A DNA stretch of 64,000 bases from NCBI GenBank assembly GCA_050260055.1, contig JBLNBO010000022.1:207365-271364 (forward strand), written 5' to 3'. Under the pieces are notes generated by a model. The model did no database searches. It saw nothing but the letters and a program-made list of their open reading frames with translations, and was not told the DNA's origin. The translations under genes and the position numbers were made by a program. Shown here piece after piece: positions 14,740 to 25,900 of this stretch. The stretch's first letter is position 1. Every line of letters begins with the position of its first letter. Source of the DNA: Ignavibacteriales bacterium. Lineage in GTDB: Bacteria; Bacillota; Clostridia; Acetivibrionales; UBA4821.

Positions 14740-17199
14740 ATGCAATATAATCCACATAGTATTGAAAAAAAGTGGAGGACTTTTTGGGAAGAAAATCACA
14801 TAAATGAAACCTTAGTAGAAACAAGCAAGCCTAAGTATTACTGCCTGGACATGTTTCCATATCCTTCTGGAGAAGGCCTTCATGTAGGTCACTGGAGAGG
14901 TTATGTACTTTCTGATGTGTGGTCAAGATATAAAAGGCTTCAAGGTTTTAATGTACTTCATCCAATGGGATGGGATGCTTTTGGACTTCCAGCAGAGAAT
15001 GCAGCTATTAAGAAAAACATTCACCCAAAGATAAATACAAAGAGCAATATTGACAACATGAAGAGACAGCTTAAGGAAATTGGTGCAATGTATGATTGGA
15101 CTAGGGAGATTGATACTACTGACCCTGCTTATTACAAATGGACTCAATGGATTTTTGTCCAGATGTATAAAAGAGGGCTGGCTTATAGAAAAAAGATGCC
15201 AATAAATTGGTGCCCAAGCTGTAAGACTGGTTTGGCAAACGAAGAAGTTGTTGATGGTAAATGTGATAGATGTAGTGCAGAAGTTGAAAAAAGAGAAATG
15301 CTTCAATGGATGCTTAAAATTACTGCATATGCTGATAGACTTATAGATGACCTTGATAAGCTTAATTGGCCGGAAAAAGTTAAGACCATGCAGAAAAACT
15401 GGATAGGCCGTAGTGAGGGAGCTGAAGTAATATTCAAGATAAAAGCTGAGAATGGTAGCGAATATGACCTTCCAGTGTTCACAACCAGACCGGATACACT
15501 ATTTGGAGCAACATATGTTGTTATGGCACCAGAGCATCAATTAGTAGATAAGATTACATCGAAAGAATGCAAAAAAGCTGTTGAGGAATATGTTAATCAA
15601 GCAAAATCTATGTCCGAAATAGAAAGAACCGACACGGCAAAGGATAAGACCGGAGCATTTACAGGTGCTTATGCAGTAAACCCTGTTAATGGCAAAGAGA
15701 TTCCTGTTTGGATAAGCGATTATGTGCTAGCGCATTATGGGTCTGGGGCAATAATGGCAGTTCCTGCGCATGACCAAAGAGACTTTGATTTTGCGAAGAA
15801 GTTTGGATTAAATATTATAGAAGTAATTTTTTCAGAAAACGCAAAGAGAGATGAAAAAGGTCAGCTTACTGAGGCATATACAGAAGATGGCATATTAATT
15901 AACTCCTGCGACTTTATGAATGGTAAGAATGTTGCTGATGCTAAAGCAAATGTTGTTGAGTGGCTTGCAGGAAAAGGTCTCGGAAAGAAGACCATAGCTT
16001 ATAAACTTAGAGATTGGGTCTTCGCAAGACAGAGATACTGGGGAGAGCCAATTCCGATTATCTATTGCGATAAGTGTGGAGAAATGGCAGTTGACGAAAA
16101 GGATTTGCCTGTATTACTTCCAGAAGTAGAGAACTACAAACCAAGCGGAACAGGAAAATCGCCTCTTGCTGTAATACCTGAATTTGTTCATACAACCTGC
16201 CCAAAATGCGGTGGGCATGCTGAAAGAGAAACTGATACAATGCCGCAGTGGGCGGGTTCATCATGGTACTTCTTAAGATATATCAATCCAGAGCTTGACA
16301 CAGCAGCTTTTGATAAGAAGGATGCGAATACTTGGCTTCCGGTTGATTGCTATGTAGGAGGGATTGAGCATGCTGTTTTACATTTGCTTTATGCAAGATT
16401 TTTTACAAAAGTGTTGTTTGACTGCGGATGTATAGATTTTGATGAGCCTTTTGACAGATTGTTCAATCAGGGCATGGTTTGCAAATTCAGCGAAAAATCA
16501 GGCAAGCTTGAGAAAATGTCAAAATCAAAGGGGAATGTAGTAAACCCTGACCCGCTTGTTGAAAAATATGGAACAGATACCGTAAGACTTTATGAACTGT
16601 TTATCGGTGCGCCGGAGATGGATTCTGAATGGACTGATACCGGAATAGAAGGGTGTTTCAGATTCCTCAAAAAATCTTGGGATTGGGTTATAGAAAGCAG
16701 TAAAAACTATTCTGCAAATGATAGCAGGGAAGTTTTAGCAAAGCTTCACGGCTTAATATTCAAAGTGGTAAGCAGATTGGAGAGCTTTAAGTTCAATACG
16801 GCAATAAGTGCATTTATGGAATTTATTAATTTTGTTTCTAAGCCGGAAGTTAAAAAGCTAGGAGTAACTAAAGAGTGTGTTGAGAAATTTATAATAATAC
16901 TTGCGCCGTTTGCTCCTCACATGTGCGAAGAGCTATGGCAAATTACAGGGCATAAAGGAACAATATTTGAAGCAAAACTTCCAGAGTATGATGAGGCATT
17001 AATTGATGAAGAAATTATTGAAATAGCAATTCAGGTTAATGGAAAGCTTAGAGGGACAGTTAAGGTTGAGAAAGATGCAGAAGAAAAGAAGGTTTCGGAA
17101 GATGCATTAAAAGAGGTTGAAAGATTGGTTGATCCTGATAAGGTGGTAAAGACCATCTATGTACCGAATAAGATAATTAATTTCATTATTAAAGGGTAG
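14740..17199 (+). CDS. leuS: Leucine--tRNA ligase
   Basis: MFPYPSG.GLHVGH, KMSKS, editing domain, C-terminal QVNGKLRG. Confidence 0.98.
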   Translation: MQYNPHSIEKKWRTFWEENHINETLVETSKPKYYCLDMFPYPSGEGLHVGHWRGYVLSDVWSRYKRLQGFNVLHPMGWDAFGLPAENAAIKKNIHPKINTKSNIDNMKRQLKEIGAMYDWTREIDTTDPAYYKWTQWIFVQMYKRGLAYRKKMPINWCPSCKTGLANEEVVDGKCDRCSAEVEKREMLQWMLKITAYADRLIDDLDKLNWPEKVKTMQKNWIGRSEGAEVIFKIKAENGSEYDLPVFTTRPDTLFGATYVVMAPEHQLVDKITSKECKKAVEEYVNQAKSMSEIERTDTAKDKTGAFTGAYAVNPVNGKEIPVWISDYVLAHYGSGAIMAVPAHDQRDFDFAKKFGLNIIEVIFSENAKRDEKGQLTEAYTEDGILINSCDFMNGKNVADAKANVVEWLAGKGLGKKTIAYKLRDWVFARQRYWGEPIPIIYCDKCGEMAVDEKDLPVLLPEVENYKPSGTGKSPLAVIPEFVHTTCPKCGGHAERETDTMPQWAGSSWYFLRYINPELDTAAFDKKDANTWLPVDCYVGGIEHAVLHLLYARFFTKVLFDCGCIDFDEPFDRLFNQGMVCKFSEKSGKLEKMSKSKGNVVNPDPLVEKYGTDTVRLYELFIGAPEMDSEWTDTGIEGCFRFLKKSWDWVIESSKNYSANDSREVLAKLHGLIFKVVSRLESFKFNTAISAFMEFINFVSKPEVKKLGVTKECVEKFIIILAPFAPHMCEELWQITGHKGTIFEAKLPEYDEALIDEEIIEIAIQVNGKLRGTVKVEKDAEEKKVSEDALKEVERLVDPDKVVKTIYVPNKIINFIIKG

Positions 17200-17245
17200 A
17201 TAAAAAAATAGGGAGTGTGCGTTAGCACACTCCCTATTTTTTTAT
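17200..17245. terminator. Bidirectional terminator
   Basis: aaaaaaatagggagtgtgc-gtta-gcacactccctattttttt. Confidence 0.85.
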
Positions 17246-17253
17246 CTTTATTT

Positions 17254-18501
17254 CTATACCCACCCTCTTAACTTCATTGCTTCAACTACACGATTTACAG
17301 CAACAACATAAGCGGCTTTCCTCATATTAATATGATATTCTTTAGCTGCTTTTAGAACATTGTGATAGGCCAAAGTCATTTTCTTATTTAATTTTTCGTG
17401 AACTTCTTCTTCGTCCCAGTAATACATATAGAAATTCTGAACCATTTCAAAGTATGATACTGTTACTCCTCCGGAATTGCAGAGAAAATCAGGTATAATA
17501 TGTATGCCTTTTTTATCAAGTATTTCATCAGCTTCGGGAGTAGTAGGACCATTTGCAAGTTCAGCAACAATTCTTGCTTTAATATTAGATGCATTTTTAA
17601 GTGTTATAACATTTTCTAATGCAGAAGGAATAAGGATATCTACGTCAAGCTCCAGAAGTGCTTCGTTTGAGATATTCTGTGTTCCAGGATATCCAACTAC
17701 TGAACCTGTTGAAGACTTGTAATCATTTACCTTGTTTGCATCAAGTCCATTTTGGTCGTATATACCGCCTTTACTGTCACTTACTGCAACGACTTTACAA
17801 CCATATATTGTTGATGCAAGAAGAGCGGCATAGTATCCGGCATTTCCGAAGCCCTGTATTGCAACCTTTGCATTTTTTAGATTAATACCGCATTCTACCG
17901 CAGCTTCTCTAATAGCATATAGGCCGCCTCTAGCTGTTGCATCGCCTCTTCCGGCAGAGCCTCCTAATGCTAAAGGCTTACCTGTGATAACGCCAAATTG
18001 GTTTTTGCCGCTGAGCTTAGAATACTCATCCATCATCCAAGCCATTATTTGCGGAGTAGTATATACATCTGGGGCAGGAACATCCATTTCGGGACCGATT
18101 AACTGCCAAATCTGTTGTATGTAACTACGGCTCAAACGCTCAAGTTCGCCTTGAGACATTTTTTTAGGGTCGCATATTACTCCACCTTTTGCTCCGCCTA
18201 GAGGAATGTCTACAACTGAACATTTCCATGTCATCCATGCGGAAAGAGCTCTAACGGTATCAATTGTTTCTTCAGGATGAAAACGTATGCCTCCTTTTGT
18301 TGGCCCGCGTGAATCATTGTACTGAACTCTATATCCCTGAAAAACTTTTGTTGTGCCGTCATCCATTTTTACTGGAATATTTAAATGGATTTCTCTTTTT
18401 GGTACTCTGAGTATTTGATGTATAGAAGAATCAAGATTAATTATTGCAGCGCATTCGTCAAGCTGTTTCTGTGCATTTAAGAAAGGATTTTGTTTTTGCA
18501 C
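17254..18501 (-). CDS. gdhA: Glutamate dehydrogenase (Glu/Leu/Phe/Val family)
   Basis: [45 protein letters not shown]. Confidence 0.93.
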   Translation of the reverse strand: MQKQNPFLNAQKQLDECAAIINLDSSIHQILRVPKREIHLNIPVKMDDGTTKVFQGYRVQYNDSRGPTKGGIRFHPEETIDTVRALSAWMTWKCSVVDIPLGGAKGGVICDPKKMSQGELERLSRSYIQQIWQLIGPEMDVPAPDVYTTPQIMAWMMDEYSKLSGKNQFGVITGKPLALGGSAGRGDATARGGLYAIREAAVECGINLKNAKVAIQGFGNAGYYAALLASTIYGCKVVAVSDSKGGIYDQNGLDANKVNDYKSSTGSVVGYPGTQNISNEALLELDVDILIPSALENVITLKNASNIKARIVAELANGPTTPEADEILDKKGIHIIPDFLCNSGGVTVSYFEMVQNFYMYYWDEEEVHEKLNKKMTLAYHNVLKAAKEYHINMRKAAYVVAVNRVVEAMKLRGWV

Positions 18502-18605
18502 TAATTATTCCTCCGTTTTCTATTAAGATTTTTATTAAGAAAAAGCCACTATATTACAGTGGCTAATAAAAATATAGATGTTTTTTGTTAAAAATTCAAG
18601 AAGAT

Positions 18606-19703
18606 TTAAGATTTTTTGAGTATTTTTTCAAGAACTTTTCTTCTAAGGTTTTCTATACTTTCAAAATTCATATTCGGAACGTAATAGGTTTCAAGTTTAT
18701 CGTGAAGTGCTTTTGCCTGACTTATTTTTTCAACTGCTTTACTAAATAAGTTGTCAAATTCAGTTGTATCAAATTCTAATACTTCACTGTATTTATCAAG
18801 AATGCTTGTGTTTAGACATTTATCCAAATCGGTTACTCCGATGGAGGATGAAATATCAACAGGGTGATATTTTCTGCTTGTTACAATTGCAGTTTTAAGC
18901 TCAGGAATTACGATGTGTTCGACAATATCGGGGTTGAAAGCACAGTGGTAGCATTCAATGTTTAATCCTTTTACTTCAGCCGATTCCATGATTTTAGAGA
19001 ATATCTTTTTATGGCCTTTACCATATGGACCTTTAACAATATAGACATTTCTCTGAGCTTCGATAAGATTTGATAAGTAATTTTTTGGCCCTTCGGGAGT
19101 TATGGCGCTTATAAAGAGATGCCTTTCTTTTGATAGCTTATCTAGAGGTTCGATTTCTTCAAAGATTTTTGACGAAAGTAATTGAGCTTCTTTAACAACC
19201 ATTCTCATGTTAATTGCTTCATCATAAATTTTTTCAATATCATTGTATATATATTTCCCTGCACCTAGATATTTGTATGCTCTGGCAAAAAGACCGCTTA
19301 TTTCAGAAGTAATCAGAAGAATATCATCCTTGCTTTTCCTTAGTCCTTCTTCATTCCAAAAATCGCCCAGATGAATGATTTCATCAATTGCTCCAGGATG
19401 CTTTGGGTCTACAATATGGGGAGCTGTACCATCAATCATAGCAATTTTTAAATCAGTGATAACAATTCCGTCAAGAGAATTATTATCGCTTGAACAATGC
19501 ATGAATTCCACATTGTGTCCCATTGAACTCATTTCAAGGCCTATTCTTCTCATAAAGGTTGATTTGCCAACGCCCGGCCCGCCTTTTAGCACGAATATCC
19601 TGTTGGCTTCATTTTGAGGTAGTATGTAGTCATAGAAAGAATGAAACCCATTGCAAGTATTTCCACCTGGGAAAGCATGCATGATTTTGCCTTCCTGTTC
19701 CAT
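18606..19703 (-). CDS. PRK06851-family P-loop protein
   Basis: FPGGNT..GF.SFY, KGGPGVGKST, HCSSD..SLDG, DGTAPH; second degenerate P-loop half. Confidence 0.85.
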   Translation of the reverse strand: MEQEGKIMHAFPGGNTCNGFHSFYDYILPQNEANRIFVLKGGPGVGKSTFMRRIGLEMSSMGHNVEFMHCSSDNNSLDGIVITDLKIAMIDGTAPHIVDPKHPGAIDEIIHLGDFWNEEGLRKSKDDILLITSEISGLFARAYKYLGAGKYIYNDIEKIYDEAINMRMVVKEAQLLSSKIFEEIEPLDKLSKERHLFISAITPEGPKNYLSNLIEAQRNVYIVKGPYGKGHKKIFSKIMESAEVKGLNIECYHCAFNPDIVEHIVIPELKTAIVTSRKYHPVDISSSIGVTDLDKCLNTSILDKYSEVLEFDTTEFDNLFSKAVEKISQAKALHDKLETYYVPNMNFESIENLRRKVLEKILKKS

Positions 19704-19797
19704 TATTATACTTCCTTTCTTGCACGTTATATTTAACTTATATTATTGAGGAGTTGTCAAATATGTTACAAAAAAAAGAACCCTTGCGATGCAAGGG

Positions 19798-20970
19798 TTA
19801 GATTTCTTTTAACTGCTTTATATCATCTTTAAATGTAATTAACTGCAGTGACTTATCTTTATCACCGTTAATGTAATTACGGTATAATGCAAGATATTCT
19901 CTAAGGAGAATGACATTATCTTTATAGTCTTCATCTGACTGCCTTTTAAGTTTTTTCTGACAGTAGACTTTGGATATCAGCCATATGAATTTCAAATCAG
20001 GTGTCAAGTCATAAACTTTCAACCGGTCAAGAGATTCATTGGCTTCATCAAGATTCCCGAGTTTGGTCTGTACAAAGCAGTACTGTACCGTAGCACTTAC
20101 ATAAGCTGAGGTGGAGCTGGAATTGCTTTGTAACTGGAGAAGTTTTTCGGTTGCTTCTTCATATTTTCCGCGGCGGGAGTTCTGAACCTGCATCCATACA
20201 TCTGCATTTTCAACCAGCTCGATAATCCAATCAGGCGACTTTACCCTTTCCCTGGCGCTTTCCACAAGAACCTCAAATTCTTTCAACAATGAGTCGAAAG
20301 CGCCTGCATCTTCTTCTTCAGCCAGGCCATACTTATATGTCTGAGCGTATACATACAGCCAATAAGCAAAAACGTACTGATGCTCCCATGGCGGCCTTTC
20401 TGGATTGGCTGTGATTTCTTCGGCTTTGTTTATATACGGTCTGAAATACTTCTTAGCTTTATCCTTCTTTTTCATTGCTTTAAGCGTAATGCCATATGGA
20501 GCAAGCAAGCTTTGCAGAACTTGTTTCAGGATATTTCTGCTGTGTCTGATGCTGGAGACTGTGCCTTCCAATAAAACAACCTGAGCTTGAAACAGCTGAG
20601 TCTTATAAAGCTCTTGTTCTGCAGATATGATTTCAATTTTAAGGTCCTTCTCATTTTTCGTAGGCTTTTTCCCTTTGCGGCTTAAGACAGCCTTATTATG
20701 CTTGCTGTTAAGGCCCTTAATAAAGTCTTCCTGACTTTTTGCAGAAGCTTTCAAATATTCTTCGCATGTAAAGAAATTAGAGCTGTCATACAAAACCATT
20801 TGCCCTGAAAGTTTTAAAATCCTTGCCTGATCATCTGCCGGTATTCGCGAAAAATACAAGTAATCTGAAATAATTGCAAGAATGTCATTGCTGAATTTTG
20901 ATAAGCCTAAATGTTTTTCCGCGTCCAATGCCTCTTCTAAAGTTTGCTTATACTTGCGCGGTGTACCCAC
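19798..20970 (-). CDS. Hypothetical alpha-helical protein (TPR-like C-terminal half)
   Basis: 390-aa ORF, RBS gaaaggggg before GTG; helical repeat-like pattern. Confidence 0.65.
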   Translation of the reverse strand: MGTPRKYKQTLEEALDAEKHLGLSKFSNDILAIISDYLYFSRIPADDQARILKLSGQMVLYDSSNFFTCEEYLKASAKSQEDFIKGLNSKHNKAVLSRKGKKPTKNEKDLKIEIISAEQELYKTQLFQAQVVLLEGTVSSIRHSRNILKQVLQSLLAPYGITLKAMKKKDKAKKYFRPYINKAEEITANPERPPWEHQYVFAYWLYVYAQTYKYGLAEEEDAGAFDSLLKEFEVLVESARERVKSPDWIIELVENADVWMQVQNSRRGKYEEATEKLLQLQSNSSSTSAYVSATVQYCFVQTKLGNLDEANESLDRLKVYDLTPDLKFIWLISKVYCQKKLKRQSDEDYKDNVILLREYLALYRNYINGDKDKSLQLITFKDDIKQLKEI

Positions 20971-21172
20971 TTATACGTCCCCCTTTCAAAATTTTGCCGA
21001 AAGGAATAAATCTATATTTTACCTGCGTTATTGAACAGGTGTTGAAAGGATATATAATTTTTATAGAACAATAGTGTTTTTATTATAATATAATTTCCAG
21101 AAAAATGCACGAAAAAAATAAAAGCTGATTAAGGCTTTTATTAGTATGGTATATTTTTTAATTATCTTTAGG

Positions 21173-22918
21173 TTAACTGGCTTCTGTATTTTGGTCAGTA
21201 GCGCTATTAATATCCGAGCTGGATTGTTGAATTTCCAATGGAAGTTTTACTGTAAAATCAGAACCTTTATTGTGTTCTGATTTTACTTCTATGCATCCAT
21301 TATGCTTTTGGACGATATTATATGTTATTGCCAAGCCTAACCCTGTGCCTACGCCTACTCCTTTAGTAGTAAAGCCAGGATTGAAAATTTTATTTATATG
21401 TTCCGGTTTGATTCCAATTCCAGTATCTTTAATACTTATACATACCCAGTTCTCTTCCACATATGTGGAAATAGAAATTATGCCTGAACCATTTATTGCA
21501 TCAAGTGCGTTAACCAAAAGGTTCATAATAACCTGATTTATTTGGCTCCCGATACAGCTTACTATTGGAATATCACTGAAATCCCTAATTATTTTAACAT
21601 TTTCAGTAATTCTGCTGTTAAGGAGGATTAAGGAGTTCTCTATGTCTTTATTTAGATCGGTTTCAGTCAGCCAATCTTCATCATCAAGACGTGCAAAACT
21701 TTTTAAGCTTTTTACAATTTTAACAATTCTTTGACATGCCATTATATTAACCTGATTAAGGTCTTCTAGCTTTATGAGAAGATTATATATTTCTGGAAAG
21801 TCAGTTTCAGAAATTTGCGATTTTATTTGGCTGATAATATTCTTAGAGATATCAACATTACAAGCAATTGCACCCATCGGAGTATTGATTTCATGCGCTA
21901 GGCCTGCCGAAAGCTGGCCTAATGAAGCCATTTTTTCCTGCTGAACAAGCTGTGTTTCTGCCTGTCTTAATTCGTTATAAGCTTTTTCAAGGTTTTGATT
22001 TGATTCAGTGAGACCCTGATTAAGGCTTATTATTTCCTTCTGCTTTAAGCTAAGTTCATTGATTGCCCTTCTCATTGCTTCATTTGTTGCCATCAATTCC
22101 TGGTTTAATGCTGTCATTTCTTCTTGTTGAAGATTTAATTCTGAATAAGCAGTTTCAAGCTTGGTATTTGAATCTAAAAGGCCTTGGTTTAAAGCAACTA
22201 TTTCTTGCTGTTTTATAGTAAGTTCATTGAATGCATCCAGCAGAACTTTATTATTATCAATTAACTCATTATTAAGCTTGTCTACTTTTTGTTGTTCGAA
22301 TTCCAGCTTATCATATGCTGATTGGATTTCCTCGTTTTTTTCTATTAACTTTTGTTCATGTTGTTTCAAAGAGGATACTATGTTTGTAAGTCTGCGTAAA
22401 TAACCTGTAAGTATGTAAAAGAGAAATAAAAATATAACTAAATAAAAGTAAGTGCTAAAGTTCTGAATTAGTATAATTTTGTTTATAAGAATAAATAAAA
22501 GTAATGCTAGTGAATTAATAAAAATTGTAAAATATATGATGGGTATCTGATAGTATAGTATTGCTACCATTATATTTGTTATTATTATCTCTGGAGCCAT
22601 TGAAGCATGAGAAAGAATTAAGATGGAGTTTAGATTGAAAGTGAAACTAAATATTACTAAATACTTTAATATAGGAAGGGTCTTATTTTTTTTCTTAGCC
22701 AAAAAATATAAGAATTCAAGTGCAAGGTTAATAAAAATTGAAATGCAAACAATAACAAAAAGTATTGTATGCGTAAAATTTACCTGCCCATAAACTGCAG
22801 ATAAATACATAATAAAATAGCCAATAACAATTATTGCCCAACAGCTGTTTATTAGCAATCTATTAGTTTTATGCTCATTATGATTAAAAAAATCATTCAT
22901 TATAGTAGAACCATCCAA
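21173..22918 (-). CDS. Membrane-bound sensor histidine kinase (NtrB-type) with long coiled coil
   Basis: N-terminal TM helices; LAHEINTP H-box, NLLVNA, DTGIG, GFTTK, GTGLGL. Confidence 0.92.
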   Translation of the reverse strand: MDGSTIMNDFFNHNEHKTNRLLINSCWAIIVIGYFIMYLSAVYGQVNFTHTILFVIVCISIFINLALEFLYFLAKKKNKTLPILKYLVIFSFTFNLNSILILSHASMAPEIIITNIMVAILYYQIPIIYFTIFINSLALLLFILINKIILIQNFSTYFYLVIFLFLFYILTGYLRRLTNIVSSLKQHEQKLIEKNEEIQSAYDKLEFEQQKVDKLNNELIDNNKVLLDAFNELTIKQQEIVALNQGLLDSNTKLETAYSELNLQQEEMTALNQELMATNEAMRRAINELSLKQKEIISLNQGLTESNQNLEKAYNELRQAETQLVQQEKMASLGQLSAGLAHEINTPMGAIACNVDISKNIISQIKSQISETDFPEIYNLLIKLEDLNQVNIMACQRIVKIVKSLKSFARLDDEDWLTETDLNKDIENSLILLNSRITENVKIIRDFSDIPIVSCIGSQINQVIMNLLVNALDAINGSGIISISTYVEENWVCISIKDTGIGIKPEHINKIFNPGFTTKGVGVGTGLGLAITYNIVQKHNGCIEVKSEHNKGSDFTVKLPLEIQQSSSDINSATDQNTEAS

Positions 22919-23073
22919 ATAAATAGACTTATTAAATATACAAGAATAACATTAAAAAAAGAAAAGCTGAATTTTTAATAGATAAATCAGATTATAAATA
23001 TTCTATCATTTCTAGCTTACTAGTGCAATATTCGATAAATAGCAATACTTGATGTTAATAGACTAAAGAAAGA

Positions 23074-23802
23074 TTAATGATTCATGCCTAAAAATATTAC
23101 AAGAATGACGCCAGACATAAATGAAAAAATAGTACTGTGGTTTGATAATTTAAAGCTCGAAGCAGGTATAAGTTCATCAGTACAGATATATATCATGAAA
23201 CCTGCAGTTGCTGCGATAATAACTCCTAAGAATTGAAAAGGCATATTCTGAAAGAAAAAGTAAGAAACAGCAAACCCTATTAGAGTGGGAAGAGCAGTTA
23301 AACTAGAAAATAAAAAAGATTTAAATCTGTTTCCATTACAATGGAATAATGGAGCTGAGGTGGATATTCCTTCAGGTATATCATGAATTGCTATTGCCAA
23401 AGCAATACTAAAGCTCATATGAATATCTGATATACTGCCGACCCCCATAGCCATCCCTTCTGGGAAATGATGGATAAACATTCCTAATAAAAGAAATACA
23501 GAAGTTTTTTCTAAAGAACAGCCTTGTTCTTGGGAAAAATCCTGATGTATATGAGGTATGAATTTATCAAGGCAATAACAGACTACAAGTCCAATTACAA
23601 TCCCGATAATACAGCCATTAACAGAAGAAAGTTTTATGCTTTCTGGGATAAGTTCTAAAAATGAAATTGAAAGCATTGCGCCTGCAGCGAAGGAAAGCAG
23701 GTTAAATATGAAAGTTTCAGAAGGCTTTTTTAATACCCCTATCAAGGAACCTATAATTGGTCCTATAACAGAAATAATAACTATTATTAGTATTGGATTC
23801 AT
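23074..23802 (-). CDS. ZIP-family divalent metal transporter (ZupT-like)
   Basis: FAAGAML, HHFPEG, IAIHDIPEG, ELIP. Confidence 0.9.
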   Translation of the reverse strand: MNPILIIVIISVIGPIIGSLIGVLKKPSETFIFNLLSFAAGAMLSISFLELIPESIKLSSVNGCIIGIVIGLVVCYCLDKFIPHIHQDFSQEQGCSLEKTSVFLLLGMFIHHFPEGMAMGVGSISDIHMSFSIALAIAIHDIPEGISTSAPLFHCNGNRFKSFLFSSLTALPTLIGFAVSYFFFQNMPFQFLGVIIAATAGFMIYICTDELIPASSFKLSNHSTIFSFMSGVILVIFLGMNH

Positions 23803-24028
23803 GGTTCTAGGTTCTCCTTAATATTCGAGTATTACTGCTTTAATATTAATCGTGAAAAATTAGCTTGTCAACTTACAGCCTAATAATTTTAATATAGTAA
23901 CGCACATCTATATTGCATAGTTTTTTTTTGTAAGATATAATCGATTTTTAGAAAGGTAAACTGTGTAACTTAAGAAATTTAACAAAATAATATCCAATAT
24001 TTAAAATTAAAACTTATAGGAGAATAAA

Positions 24029-24895
24029 ATGGACATGAGCAGCATTAAAGAAAAACTTGTATCGTGGTTATTTGAAACAAAAGCTGTCAGGGTTTGCCCT
24101 GAAAACAACCCGTTTTGGTATACCTCCGGAACTATAGGCCCATATTACATTAATACTCATTTCCTTATAGGAAGCGAAGGAAAAGCAAATGAAGTATTAG
24201 AATTTATCAATAAAGAAAAAAGTGACAGGCTTTCAATATCCGGAAAACTCCTTGATGTATTTTCAGATATATACTCATCCAACGGTCTTTATAAATCTTT
24301 GGTTGATTTAATGTATGATTTCATTAAAGAAAAAGTTGATGTTAATAAGATTGAATATGTTTCAGGAGGGGAAAGACGGGATTGGTTTTTCTCTATTATC
24401 ATTGCAAAGCTTTTAGACAAACCTCATATTGCAATCTTTAAAGACCTTGATACTGTAGTATTCGATGGTAAAAAATCCGAGAAAAAAACGGATCTAAATA
24501 ATGCGAAAGTACTGCATGTAGCTGATTTGATTTTAGAGGCATCAAGCTTTGAAAGAGCTTGGATTCCTGCGCTTGATGCGATTAATGCTAAGATTGAAAC
24601 AAGTATGGTTGTGGTTGATAGAAAACAGGGAGGGACAGAGTTTTTTAACTCCAGAGGAATTAATTCTTACTCAATGATTGATATTGATAAAGGATTTTTT
24701 AAAGAAGCATGTGCAAAGAAATATATAAATCAAGAGCAGTATGCTATGATTTCTGACTATGTTGATAATCCAAAGGACTCTATGAGAGCATTTCTTAAAA
24801 ATAATCCGAATTTTCTTCAAAAAGCACTTTCATCAGATGAAAAAACTATTGAGAGAGCAAAGCTTTGTTTGGACAAAAATATTTACGAGATATAA
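24029..24895 (+). CDS. Orotate phosphoribosyltransferase-like protein
   Basis: FWYTSG..GPYYIN, PRPP-loop-like VLHVADLI, VVDRKQGG. Confidence 0.7.
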   Translation: MDMSSIKEKLVSWLFETKAVRVCPENNPFWYTSGTIGPYYINTHFLIGSEGKANEVLEFINKEKSDRLSISGKLLDVFSDIYSSNGLYKSLVDLMYDFIKEKVDVNKIEYVSGGERRDWFFSIIIAKLLDKPHIAIFKDLDTVVFDGKKSEKKTDLNNAKVLHVADLILEASSFERAWIPALDAINAKIETSMVVVDRKQGGTEFFNSRGINSYSMIDIDKGFFKEACAKKYINQEQYAMISDYVDNPKDSMRAFLKNNPNFLQKALSSDEKTIERAKLCLDKNIYEI

Positions 24896-25129
24896 TTATT
24901 ATGAAATAAAACACCCTCTGGTGAATATACTGCATCAGGGGGTGTTTTGTTGTGAAAAAGGACAAATATAACTTATTTGATCATTTCTATTATTGTACGC
25001 TGGTTTTAGTTGTAGTCTTGGTAATGATTTTTATGCAGTGCTTAAGTCATATAAAAGTCTCAGGAGTAAATCAAAATCCGGTAAATACTATGACTAATCA
25101 GCTGCCGTAATGAACTAGCTTTGTTTATC

Positions 25130-25765
25130 TCAACTGCTCAAATCCTCCAAGGTTTGAGCCAGGTCTTGTACTGACTCGATTTTTATGCCCTCTTTTAAGC
25201 GGCTTTTTTCCTTTTGGGGGAGATTTTCAACAGATATAGAGGTTACTTCTTTTAAAGATATTCCATTAATTGATTCCTGATAATAAACTGCGATAAAGCC
25301 ATCTTTTTCTTTTAAAATAAAATGATTCATGCATTTTGTCTGTATTTCTTTTGACAAAATTACTTTTTCGGGAGAAAACAGGCTGACATTCCAATTTTTA
25401 AATACTAATTTAAATTGAGATTCATTAAGATTAACCATATCTTCAGGGGCATCAATTTGGGTCGAGCTTACATGTCCGCATTTAGTGTACTTCTTCTCAA
25501 TAATTATTATTGCACCAGGCCTGATGATGTTATCTTCAGGACGATTGCCTTGTACTTCAGTATTGAAAGATTGTGGCGATACAGTTTTAGGCGTTGTATC
25601 TTTCTGTAGGTTTTGAGGCAAGGCTTTTCCTTTATACTGTAATTGATAGTTATTTGATTGATGCTCTTTAGAATATAGTTCAAAAGAAAAATATGCAGCC
25701 ATTGCAAGCAGAACGACTAGTATGCTGAGCATTCGGTTCGGAGGGTATCTCCTAATCATAATCAT
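25130..25765 (-). CDS. BofC C-terminal-domain sporulation protein
   Basis: N-terminal TM/signal; KYTKCGH, DG.IAVY, LP..EK..LKEGI....LEDL. Confidence 0.75.
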   Translation of the reverse strand: MIMIRRYPPNRMLSILVVLLAMAAYFSFELYSKEHQSNNYQLQYKGKALPQNLQKDTTPKTVSPQSFNTEVQGNRPEDNIIRPGAIIIIEKKYTKCGHVSSTQIDAPEDMVNLNESQFKLVFKNWNVSLFSPEKVILSKEIQTKCMNHFILKEKDGFIAVYYQESINGISLKEVTSISVENLPQKEKSRLKEGIKIESVQDLAQTLEDLSS

Positions 25766-25792
25766 CTCTTCCCTTTAAATAGTATTTGGATA

Positions 25793-25822
25793 TATATTTT
25801 CCAGGAAGATTAATTTTTATTC
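25793..25822 (-). promoter_or_regulatory. Putative sigma-F/G forespore promoter
   Basis: GAATA-15 nt-GGAAAATATA upstream of the bofC-like gene. Confidence 0.5.
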
Positions 25823-25900
25823 ATATTATTAAAGGAGAAAGGGGTATATATTATTCCCCAATAATAAAATGAAGAGTCTCAAAATGGTGTATATTGACAA

